Assembly: GCA_965205655.1 (NCBI GenBank)
Contig: CBDBIJ010000059.1
Span: 1-29,679 of the forward strand
Source of the DNA: Candidatus Latescibacterota bacterium
Lineage (GTDB): Bacteria; Latescibacterota; UBA2968; UBA8231
DNA length: 29,679 nt
Reading direction: 5' to 3'
Numbering within the stretch: position 1 is the first letter of the stretch; each line of letters begins with the position of its first letter. Shown here piece after piece: positions 1 to 8,823 of this stretch. A program made the position numbers and the translations under genes. The notes under the pieces are model-generated. The model had not been told where the DNA came from and ran no database searches. It was given only the letters and a program-made list of their open reading frames with translations.

Positions 1-3000
1 GCTGTCGAATTCTCTGAACGTCTGAAAATCGTCGTCGAAATCCTGCGTATCTCTCGTGATTCCGATGATGGTGAAGAGCTGGTAGCCGAAATAGGACGAT
101 TCGTTGGTCAGGTTTACGAACTTGGTGCGGCGCTCGAAACTGTTGCGATCGGCGACGCGGTCGTCGAAGCGGTAGGGGAAGGGGCCGATCCCCTGAATGC
201 CGATCTGCAGCGTCGAACGGCTCATGAGCGGGTATTCGGCCCGCAGGATCGGGATGAGACTCACCTCCGAGCGCAGCGAGCGCACGGCTCGCTGGTCCCG
301 CAGCCGCAGTAGCATGAACTTGAACTGTGGCTGAACTTTCAAGCTGCCCCAGTAGCGGGTGTAGTCAGCGCGGCTGACGACGTTCCACTGATCGAGCCGC
401 CGACTGCGCTGGAAGGTGCTGCTGGGCATGAGCCCCTCCTGTTGCCAGTTGAGGCGCAGTCGGAGTTTCTGCACAACGTTGAGGCTGGGCCAGGGACGGA
501 AGTGCCCCTCCAGGTAGGTCTCGTTGACGTAGCTGTCTTCGTAGAGCAGCAAATCCGGCGTTGTGATGATCGGGTCGCGGTTGAACACGCTCGGAATGCC
601 GTCGAAACTGGCGTCGAGAGGATCTCTGACGGTGATCTCGATATCCTGACGGATGCGATTGTACTCGTCGGGGATGTCGTCCTGCACCCGTCGGAAGTGG
701 TTCTCGAAAAACACCTGCTGCAGCCGCTCGAGGCCCTGTCGCCGGTAGGTCACAAGGGCATAGGTGGAGTTGTTGCGCCCCCCACTGGCGATGCCCGCGA
801 CATCGTGGCGTCCAATACCCATGGTCCATCGAGGTGTCAGGTTGTACTGCCCGAAGAGGTGGTAGCCTCGCTGATCGTGGTCATAGGGGTAGTCGGGATC
901 GTAGTCGTCCTCGCGGATATCCGGCTCGTCGTTGTTGTTGCGGTCCATGCCGTAGACGAAGTCGTTGGGATCGACGTCATACATCAGAAACGGCTCTTCG
1001 TAGTCGGGCAACGGATTCGCGTTGCGGTTGGTGTCCAAGATGCCGTCGTTGTCGGCATCTTGGCCCGGAAAGGTGCCGTCGCAATCATACGATCTGCACC
1101 CGTACGTATCATATGGGGTGCTGAGGGGCGGGCCCAAACCGAGGTCCGGCCAGCGGTCCCCGTCTTCGTTGTCCTGCAGGAGGCGCCACACCATGGTGTT
1201 GTTGTCCAGACCGAAGAAGGGATCGGAAATTCTGCCGTATCCGGCGTCTCTAGGCAGGTAGGTGACTATGTCAGTGGTGAAATCCGGGTTCATGGCGAAC
1301 AGCTCGAAGCCGACGCGGCCGCGACCGAACCAGCTCGTGCCGTTGAGGAAAGAGGCCGAGCCTCTATCAGAGAACCGAGGACTGCTGTGGAAGTCGGGGG
1401 TGCCTTCAACATGAGACGGGAAGCGGGCGAAGAGGGCCGAGCGTGCGTACTCGCCGCTGATCTCGAGCCCAGGCACCCCCAGGTGCAGATCGGCGCTGTA
1501 GGTGAACAGCGATGTGCTGACGCCGACGTCAAGGACCACTCGTTCGGTGTTGGACTGATCGCGCACGTTGCCTTCGGCGCGCAGCACGGTCTCGTAGACG
1601 GTGCTGTTGTACTTCGTGTCCAGGTTTCCCGGCTTGTCGCTGAACTGGTTGAGCTTGGCAATCTCTACCCTATAGTCGTTGCCGACAACGGCCTCCACCC
1701 GCACGGATTGGATGCTGGGCGCGGCGGACAGGTCGAAGACGTAGACGAGCGCATCGGTGCCGTCGGCGGTGAGAATGTCGTCAGGTGACTCGACGACGAA
1801 CGTGGATAGCAGTCCCTCAAGGTTCGTGTTCTTTTCCAGGAAATCGTCGTTCCGATCAAGCCACTTGCTGTCTCCATTCTGCAGACGAAGGAGGAAGTCG
1901 GGATCCTCGTGTGCCAGGCGGTAGAGATAGTCGGCGTAAAGGGGGATCTCCTGGTCCCGGTAGTAGCGTGGTGCGCCCGAGAATCGTCCAAATGTCCCCT
2001 GGAAGAGGTTGTAGTTGACCGGCAGGAATCCGCTCGCGAGGGTTCGACCGACCTGGGTCGCGGTACTGGATCTGTGGCGGATCACCCTGGGCCTGATGTC
2101 CGGTCGGCGAGCGCCGTCGATGAAGAGCTCGACCTCCTGTACGACGGCTCCACCCCTTTCGTCCTGCGGCGAGTCGTCCGTAAAGCGCACGACCAAAGCC
2201 TCGAACACGGGATGGTCGGGTCGAACGATTCCTTTGATGCTGTTGTTCGTACTCAGGGCCCGGAAGGTGTGCAGGTTGGCGCCGTTGAGCCCGATCTGCA
2301 TTGCCCCGATATCCGCCTGGGCACGGCTGCCCAGCAGCATGGTCGAATTGACCGTGTGCTCCTCGAGGCCGTTGAGATTGGAGAGCCAATGGTGCTCATG
2401 GTTAGGGCGGGCGATGCGGGAGCCAAGAGCTGTGAGCTTGAGATGCGGTGTCGACAGGTCGAAGCGGGCGCCGTTGAGGTCCGTCTTCGACAGGGTCAGC
2501 GGCGACAGGCGGGCGATGAGGCCATCCCCTACGATGAGGCTGTAGCTCCACGAGCGGTGGCTGTCGTGGCCCACCACGAGCTGGTCGAAGACGAAATGCC
2601 AGGAAGTCCAATCCCTGAAGATGCTGCTGCCGATGTTCTGATGTGGCTGACGCCTCTCTTCCCAGGCGTAGAGGTCGTAGCCGGTGATCAAATAGTCGCC
2701 AAACCGGCTGTAGAAGGCCTGGGGCCGGTTCTGAAACCCGACATTCTGATCACCCTGCCAGGGAAAGCTGTGGTCCGATTGGTGGCCGTAGGTATCCCAG
2801 GCGAAGTTGCTGTAAGAGGGCCGCTCGGCGCGCAGGAAGGGACGGGAGTCGAATACTTCGGGAAGAGCCAGAAACTTGTCTTCGCTGTCGAGCCCGGCAC
2901 TGGCCGGCTGACCCCATAGCAGGAGCAACGCAGACAGCGTCCCGTAGAGGGATGCAGAGCTACGGCTGAGGCCTGCAGTTTGCGGAGGCGAGGATGCTCT

Positions 3001-3012
3001 GCGACAGCTCAT
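1..3012 (-). CDS. Large uncharacterised exported/outer-membrane protein (>1004 aa, 3' end outside window) with Asp-rich DxDxDG-like Ca-binding motifs
   Basis: Manually translated from ATG 3012 (MSCRRASS...LSALLLLWGQPASA-GLDSEDKF, signal-peptide-like). No stop seen in this frame, and the ORF track reports no terminated minus ORF in it. Motifs LSPLTLSKTDLNGARFD, RFTDDSPQDERGGAVV, QDNEDGDRWPD, DADNDGILDTNRN, DRNNNDEPDIREDDYDPDYPYD. The + ORFs 442-1788 and 1909-2919 are its in-register antisense shadows. Confidence 0.85.
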   Translation of the reverse strand, partial: MSCRRASSPPQTAGLSRSSASLYGTLSALLLLWGQPASAGLDSEDKFLALPEVFDSRPFLRAERPSYSNFAWDTYGHQSDHSFPWQGDQNVGFQNRPQAFYSRFGDYLITGYDLYAWEERRQPHQNIGSSIFRDWTSWHFVFDQLVVGHDSHRSWSYSLIVGDGLIARLSPLTLSKTDLNGARFDLSTPHLKLTALGSRIARPNHEHHWLSNLNGLEEHTVNSTMLLGSRAQADIGAMQIGLNGANLHTFRALSTNNSIKGIVRPDHPVFEALVVRFTDDSPQDERGGAVVQEVELFIDGARRPDIRPRVIRHRSSTATQVGRTLASGFLPVNYNLFQGTFGRFSGAPRYYRDQEIPLYADYLYRLAHEDPDFLLRLQNGDSKWLDRNDDFLEKNTNLEGLLSTFVVESPDDILTADGTDALVYVFDLSAAPSIQSVRVEAVVGNDYRVEIAKLNQFSDKPGNLDTKYNSTVYETVLRAEGNVRDQSNTERVVLDVGVSTSLFTYSADLHLGVPGLEISGEYARSALFARFPSHVEGTPDFHSSPRFSDRGSASFLNGTSWFGRGRVGFELFAMNPDFTTDIVTYLPRDAGYGRISDPFFGLDNNTMVWRLLQDNEDGDRWPDLGLGPPLSTPYDTYGCRSYDCDGTFPGQDADNDGILDTNRNANPLPDYEEPFLMYDVDPNDFVYGMDRNNNDEPDIREDDYDPDYPYDHDQRGYHLFGQYNLTPRWTMGIGRHDVAGIASGGRNNSTYALVTYRRQGLERLQQVFFENHFRRVQDDIPDEYNRIRQDIEITVRDPLDASFDGIPSVFNRDPIITTPDLLLYEDSYVNETYLEGHFRPWPSLNVVQKLRLRLNWQQEGLMPSSTFQRSRRLDQWNVVSRADYTRYWGSLKVQPQFKFMLLRLRDQRAVRSLRSEVSLIPILRAEYPLMSRSTLQIGIQGIGPFPYRFDDRVADRNSFERRTKFVNLTNESSYFGYQLFTIIGITRDTQDFDDDFQTFREFDS

Positions 3013-3058
3013 TTCCGTCCGTACAATAGTCGTATGGGGGACGTTGGATCTACTATAG

Positions 3059-3088
3059 ATTATAGATGTAAAGCTCGTGCGGTGTCGA
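3059..3088 (-). promoter_or_regulatory. Sigma70-like promoter for the giant protein gene
   Basis: Minus strand TCGACA (3088-3083), 18 nt, TATAAT (3064-3059), ~47 bp upstream of ATG 3012. Confidence 0.65.
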
Positions 3089-3269
3089 GGGTGTGTTTAT
3101 GGAATACTGGATGACAGAGTGGAGGCCGGATGACCTACTTATCGAGGAATAGCCGAGCAACAGAGAAGACGAACAGCCACACGCGCCGTCTAGTTGCGGT
3201 GTGTGGCCGAATCTCCGACTTTTCGTCTTCTCATTACCGCCCGATAGCGAACTCTACGGACAACCAGAG

Positions 3270-4396
3270 ATGAGTCTGAACGGACACCCCATGAAGTACG
3301 GCATGTTCATCATGCCGTTTCACCCGCCAGAAAAACCTCTGGCCCAGTGCTACGAAGAGGATATCGAGCTCGTCATCCGTGCCGAGGAGCTCGGTTTCGA
3401 CGAGTTCTGGATCGGCGAGCACCACACGATGAAAATGGAGTCTATCGTCGTACCCGAGGTCTTCATCGCAAGGGTGCTTGGGGACACGGAGAAGATTCGC
3501 CTCGGTCCGTGCCCTGTCTGTCTCAACCAGCACCACCCGGCGTACGTGGCGACGCGCCTCGCCTTCCTCGACCACCTCTCCAAGGGGCGGCTCAACCTCT
3601 GTTTCGGCAACGGGAGCGTGGCGAGCGATCAGGAGCTCTACGGTGTGGATCCGAAGAAGGGCGGTGCGATGGCGCTGGAATCGATCGAGGTCATTCTCAA
3701 GCTGTGGGAATCCGATCCTCCCTACGAGCACACGGGCGAGTTCTGGCAGTTCTCGCTCAAAGAAACCGTCGATGAAGAGACGGCGATCGGCTACATCCAC
3801 AAGCCGCTGCAACAGCCCCATCCACCGATCTCGATGCCGGCATTGAGCCGCAATTCGTTCAGTCTGAAGGTTGCCGGACAGCGCGGGTTTGCCCCCTATT
3901 CCGCGGCTCTGGCTACCGGCGACATGCTGGCGGACCACTGGGCGACCTACGAGGCGGCGGCGCTCGAGGCCGGACGGGAGTCAAACCGGGGCGACTGGGC
4001 GACTGGAAGATCGCGCGCGCCATCTTTCTCGCCGACACGACGGCAGAAGCGGAGAGAATGGCCCGCACGAATTCGGTCGCTGCGAACTTCGAGTACATCG
4101 GCCAGATCTTGAGCAAGGGACCGGTGGGCAAAGGGATTCTCAAGCGCGACCCAGACATGCCGGATGCCGACTGCAACCTCGACTTCTGGATGTCCGAGCA
4201 GATCATCGCCGGCGACGTCGACACAGCATTGGCGCGGTTGATGTCTCTGATCGAAGAGACCGGTCCTTTCGGCACCCTCGTCCTGATGGGGTTCGATTGG
4301 GACGACAAGGCGAGCTGGCTCCGCAACCTCGACCTGTTCGCCAACGAGCTGATGCCGGCGCTCAACAGGGAAGTCGCCGGAGTTCAGGTGTCGTAG
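3270..4396 (+). pseudogene. LLM-class flavin-dependent monooxygenase, frameshifted by an 8-bp tandem duplication
   Basis: MKYGMFIMPFHPP...AEELGFDEFWIGEHH...RLAFLDHLSKGRLN. The C-terminus lies in ORF 4058-4396. Removing one GGGCGACT copy (3989-4004) restores GDWKIARAIFLADTT, matching paralog 11250-12365 (GDWCVSRNIFVADST). Start may be 3291. Confidence 0.88.
3989..4004. repeat. Perfect 8-bp tandem duplication (GGGCGACT x2)
   Basis: Directly visible. The +8 offset equals the frame shift between ORFs 3201 and 4058. Confidence 0.9.
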
Positions 4397-5142
4397 TGGT
4401 CGAGTGTTATCGCTATAGCTGTGAGGTGAGCCTCGACACGCTGATCGAGTGGCCAGGCGGTCGAGGGGGTCTCGCAGAGCACGACGTGGTTGGAGTTTTC
4501 GTGGTAGGCGTAGGCTGAGAAGCCCTTATCGCGCCAGCTCGGATTGATGCCGAACAGGCCTTCCGAGATCGGCAGGTCCAACCCCTCGTCGTCGTTTTCG
4601 TCATCATCAATCGGGCCGATCCGCTTGATGGCCTCGACGATTTGTCTGCCGATGAGACGGTCCTGCTTCTCGGCTTCATACATGTAGAAGCCTGTCGCCT
4701 CGTAGTCCTCGTGCAAATCGATCAGGACGTCAAACTGTTTCCCTGAGAGGAACCGCCGCATGAGGACGGCTTCCTCAACATCATCCTCACTCATCGACCG
4801 GTTGATGTCCTGACTCTTGGCGTTTTCCCGCGTGTTCAGCTCGAACCCCGATGGATTGACGCAGGGAATGACGGAGAAAACGAACCGGTCCACGTAATTC
4901 GGGTCAGGGCCTTCGAGGAAACGCAGCACCGCCTCGACGCCGGCCGGCTCGTCACCGTGTACTCCTCCCGTCAACAGTATCCGGCGCTTCTTCCCGTCCC
5001 GACGACCCAACTCGAGGGCGTGGATCGAATAGCCGGACGCCTCTCCGAGCACATCGGCACTGATGATATTGGAGCCGAGCCCCAGGAGACGCCCTTCGAC
5101 CTCGCCGTAGTCACGCACCTTTTTGCCACTGCCAATAGCCAA
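4384..5142 (-). CDS. M14-family zinc metallocarboxypeptidase / succinylglutamate desuccinylase-like protein
   Basis: GGVHGDEPAG (HxxE), PCVNPSG, TRENAKSQDINR, LIDLHED motifs. Start could be GTG 5118. Confidence 0.85.
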   Translation of the reverse strand: MAIGSGKKVRDYGEVEGRLLGLGSNIISADVLGEASGYSIHALELGRRDGKKRRILLTGGVHGDEPAGVEAVLRFLEGPDPNYVDRFVFSVIPCVNPSGFELNTRENAKSQDINRSMSEDDVEEAVLMRRFLSGKQFDVLIDLHEDYEATGFYMYEAEKQDRLIGRQIVEAIKRIGPIDDDENDDEGLDLPISEGLFGINPSWRDKGFSAYAYHENSNHVVLCETPSTAWPLDQRVEAHLTAIAITLDHYDT

Positions 5143-6037
5143 GTGAAGGGCTCCCTGTTATTTTCTATTGCTCTGCGTCAGGTCGAATTGTCTTGAAAAT
5201 AGCACCAGCTGTAAAGAAAGTGAACGACTGTTGAACGTCCTGATTATCGAAGACGACCCAAAGGTTGGCGAAATCATCGTCCAGTTCCTGAAGAAGTGGA
5301 AAATGGAAGCCGTGCTGGTTTCGGACTGCGACAAGGCTCGGACAGCGCTCTTCGAGACATCCATTGATATGCTGGTGGCGGATCTGGTGTTGGACGAGAC
5401 AACCAGTCTCGATCTGATACAAGAGTTGCGCGCCAGCGAGCGTCACGAAAACCTGCCGATTCTGATGGTTTCCGGTAAGGCGGGCAAGCCGGAAATCGTC
5501 GCAGCTTCCCAAGCGGGAGTAGACGGCTTTCTGGCGAAGCCATTTGACCCTTCGCAGTTGCAGAGAAAGATCTTCGAGGTGCGGCGCGCCCGGGTGCGGC
5601 AGCAGCAGGATCGCCAGGTGCGAGAGATGTGGCAGACGCGCACGACCTACCACAACGAGGTGACCAGGCCGCACGTCATTTTCGGCGAACCGATTCAATC
5701 GGAAGAGGAACTCGTTCACCCCAGCAACCGAGAAATCAAGAGTCATCTCGCCTCTGCCTGGGCGGCGATCAATCAATGCAACGAGGAACTCCAAGGGCTG
5801 AACGCCGGGCACGTAATCGAGAGCAAGACGACGGACATCGTCGTGCATCTGAGAAGCGACAAGGCTCTGCGGTGGGTGAAAGCCCTGTTCCTCTCCTGCC
5901 ACTGTACCGGGAACGTCACGGTCATCGCCCGTATTCTTCGCATGAACCGGGGTGACTCTCTACCCATTTACCTCATATATGACCAGGGTGGAGAGTTGCC
6001 GGAAGCTCAGGTGAAAGGTCTGAAGAAACTCGGGCAA

Positions 6038-6089
6038 GATCGTCCGTCGGCAAAAACTGTCGGAGACGCATGGACGATCTGATCAGGCT
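6038..6089 (+). repeat. Left copy of ~51-bp direct repeat flanking the IS30 remnant
   Basis: GATCGTCCGTCGGCAAAAACTGTCGGAGA-cgc-ATGGACGATCTGATCAGGCT, repeated at 7164-7214 with 'ag' replacing 'cgc'. Confidence 0.92.
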
Positions 6090-7162
6090 CAACGCAACAC
6101 CTTCATTGAAGCGTTCTGCGGGTGAAACGCAACAGTTGAAGAGCGACTCTGTTCAGGTCGGCTTGGGAGAATGGCGACAGAGGAAGTACTGTCGAAGAAG
6201 GCGAATTTGTGCCTCGTTGCCGCTCGGGAAATACACCTCACGTCAGTTGCGATCGAGAACTCCTTGTGCCGAAGACGACAGGTAAGGGACAACCGACCGC
6301 GGAGGGGAGTCGTTTCACCTGGCTGCAGCGCTCTGACGGTCTCGGTGTCTTTGCCGTTGAGCTTCAAGCGTGACCGAACTGGCTCCACCAACGTGGCGAT
6401 GTGCGGTTGTTCGACCCCGAGAAAGTCTCCCTCCCAGTGGCCGGGAACGGCGCGGTCCTCGATGCCACTGTCCTGATGGAACGTCGATCCGGCCTCTCGG
6501 CTGATCGCGTGTGCTTGCCTTCTTGGATCGCCGCGTCATTCTTCGCATCCGAATGCGCAATGAGGTCCTTGTTGAGTGCCCCGACTGCTCTCGACCCATC
6601 GTTTCGTACCTGCATATTTCCTAAAAGCGCATACTCCCGCTTCAGCCATCCCGATATCACCACTTCAGGCGTAGCTTGTCCGCCAGACTCGCCGCAAACG
6701 AAGATTGGATGCGAGTCGGCAGCATTTCGGCCGGCTGGCGCGCGTCCAGGCTGCTTGGTCGGCAACGTTTGCTCGGTACCTTTGCCGCCCGCCATTGCGG
6801 GCAATCTCTCGGCTAACCGTCAGGGTGCACGCTCAACAGCGGCCGCAATTATTCTGTATCGATTTTCCCGCAGCGATACCTCGAGAGATCTCTTCAACGC
6901 TCTTCCCAGGCAAGAGCCCATCGAGAGCGTCGACGCGGCATTGGTACGATGCCCCCATTGGCGGTGATGACACCATGAATCGACGCCGGATGCTTCCCGA
7001 GCGCCCGACCAATATCGCTATGCGACTGGCCGCTCTTCCATCGACGCCATACCTCCGACTTCTGTGACGCGGACAATCCTGGTCGTCCCATTTGAGCCAT
7101 GTGCAACATCTCCTATGATTAGATTAGTGGGGAGAATGTTGCATTGACCGATTGAATATACC
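6090..7162 (-). mobile_element. IS30-family insertion sequence with degraded transposase
   Basis: Minus-strand fragments MAQMGRPGLSASQKSEVWRRWKSGQSHSDIGRALGK, EEISRGIAAG, VSREIARNGGRQRYRA, ISGWLKREY, DRAVPGHWEGD, HIATLVE, HKEFSIATDV. Left end GGTATATTCAATCGGTCAATGCAACA (7162-7137). Truncated right end GTGTTGCGTTGA (6100-6089). Many indels. Confidence 0.87.
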
Positions 7163-7163
7163 G

Positions 7164-7214
7164 GATCGTCCGTCGGCAAAAACTGTCGGAGAAGATGGAC
7201 GATCTGATCAGGCT
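7164..7214 (+). repeat. Right copy of ~51-bp direct repeat flanking the IS30 remnant
   Basis: Matches 6038-6089. This copy reads cleanly as IVRRQKLSEKMDDLIR. Confidence 0.92.
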
Positions 7215-8300
7215 GCACCTGACTGGGGGCAACAGGGAAGAAAGCGGAGAAGGCCAGAGAGAAGGCGCTGAAACCAAAGGCTGTCAGAAGCAGAGTGATG
7301 GCGGACATCGAAACGATGACGAAGCTGCCGCCCCTGCCTCAGGTGTACGAAAAAATCACCAAGCTGGCCCGCGACCCGAAAAGCGACATGAAGGAATGGA
7401 TTGAGGTCATAGAGGTCGAGCCGATGACGTGCGCGACGATTCTGAAACACGCCAACTCGTCTGCGCTCGGATTCACAGCCGAAATCACCGACATCGCGCG
7501 CGCCATCGTGTTGCTGGGGAAAAACACGGTATCGGGATTAGTCGCTGGGGAAGCAGTGAGGAAGTCGTTTATGGCGGTGCAGGAGATGGGTTTCAAGCTG
7601 GAGGGAATTCTGGCTCCACAACGTGGCAGTCGGTTACGCATCTCATCTGCTTTCCCTCGACGTCGACGCTGGCGAGGATGTAGACGGTACACAGGGGGAG
7701 ACGATCGCCAATGCGGGGCTGGATGAGGAAGCGCTGGACGTCCTGAAAGGGATCGACCTGCCATCGAGACTTCGGCTACCGAAGGGCAGCCCCTGTTTCA
7801 TCGCCGGAACGATGCACGACATCGGCAAGGGGGTGATCGTGTAGTCTTACCCGGGGTTGTTTCCCGTTCTCCTCGACGAACTCCTGGAGAAAAAGTGGTC
7901 CATCCCCATGCTGGAGGCGGAGCGGGTTGTCGCCGGGGGATTGACACACCCGCTGGCAGGAGAGCTTCTGATGCGCAGCTGGGGGCTCGCCGGCCAGCTG
8001 GGCAACGTCGTGCTGTCCCATCACCACCCAGACCCCGACGACCACCTGACGTTCTTGGTGAGCATCGCAGACGTCGTCGGCCAGGTTCTCTGCCCGTTTC
8101 CGGCAGCTGCCGCATACCCCCCCTAGCCGCAGCGATCGACGATGGGTCACTGGCCGATGTCAAGGCGTTCCTGCCGGAGGGGTTTTCCGAGCAGCCGTTG
8201 CTGAGCTCCGATGAGCTGGTCAGTCTCGTGCAGGCAAGCCGCGCTCGAGTGAAGCAGTTCGTGGAAGAAACGCGGCAAGCGGTTGGTGTTTGATGCGGTG

Positions 8301-8798
8301 ATGCCGACGCAGGAAGACGCCTACATCGACGAGAAGGGTCGCACCAGCTGGCGGCAGAACGACGCGCTCGGAGACAAACTCGCCGAGCTCCACGACTTCC
8401 TCGTCATCGGCGGCTACCCCGAAACCCACGCGGCGCGCTACCGGCAGCTGGCAAGGCTCATCTCGCGGTATCCCGAGCGGGTCGATACGATTCACGAAGA
8501 AGGCCGGCTTGCCGATATCGCCGGAGTCGGCGGCAGCGTGGCGGTCATCATCGGTGAGTACGTCGACACCGGCACGTCGACGAAGTTCGAAGAGTTTGCG
8601 CAGGAGACGCCGCCTTCCGTGCTCGAGCTGCTGCTGGTGCCAGGCATCGGTGTCAAGACGGCGCGCACGCTTTATGGTGATCATGGCCTCGACAGTCTGG
8701 CGGCATTGAAGCAAGCACTCGACGACGGCCGGCTTCAGGGAATTGGGCGGATGGGTCCCAAGACACTCCAGGCGATCGGACAGACAACGCTTCCGTGA
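8301..8798 (+). CDS. Helix-hairpin-helix protein homologous to the PolX N-terminus (8-kDa + HhH), lacking polymerase core
   Basis: ARYRQLARLI, LADIAGVGGSVAVIIGEYVDTG, LELLLVPGIGVKTARTLY, GLDSLAALKQALDDGRLQGIGRMGPKT. 165 aa with a clean stop followed by the next gene's RBS. Confidence 0.8.
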   Translation: MPTQEDAYIDEKGRTSWRQNDALGDKLAELHDFLVIGGYPETHAARYRQLARLISRYPERVDTIHEEGRLADIAGVGGSVAVIIGEYVDTGTSTKFEEFAQETPPSVLELLLVPGIGVKTARTLYGDHGLDSLAALKQALDDGRLQGIGRMGPKTLQAIGQTTLP

Positions 8799-8823
8799 CT
8801 ACAACCACAGGAGGTCGGCAAGC

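Larger units (their letters stand above)
5231..8293 (+). pseudogene. Response regulator with N-terminal REC and C-terminal HDOD domain, interrupted by IS30, frameshifts and an in-frame TAG
   Basis: REC: LIIEDD, DMLVAD, ILMVSG, GFLAKPFD. After the IS the frame resumes at ~7165. HDOD: KLPPLPQVYEKI, ILKHANSS, FWLHNVAVG, GTMHDIGKG, THPLAGELLMRSWGL, SHHHP. Lesions at ~6035, ~7225, ~7604, TAG 7842-7844 and C7 run 8117-8123. Confidence 0.82.

Noticed and set aside
442..2919. Long + strand ORFs 442-1788 and 1909-2919
   Set aside because: In-register antisense shadows of the minus-strand giant gene; Val-rich, no motifs.
3054..3067. TATAGAT x2 tandem overlapping the -10 box
   Set aside because: Short AT-rich duplication; a usable -10 (TATAGT) would exist without it, so no supportable significance.
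6364..7067. ORFs 6401-6967 (+), 6705-7067 (+) and 6364-6804 (-) as novel genes
   Set aside because: Antisense or frame-hopping fragments of the degraded IS30 transposase.
6038..7214. Direct repeats as prophage/ICE att sites or CRISPR repeats
   Set aside because: Only two copies, both host coding sequence, enclosing only IS30 sequence; no integrase, tRNA or cas genes.
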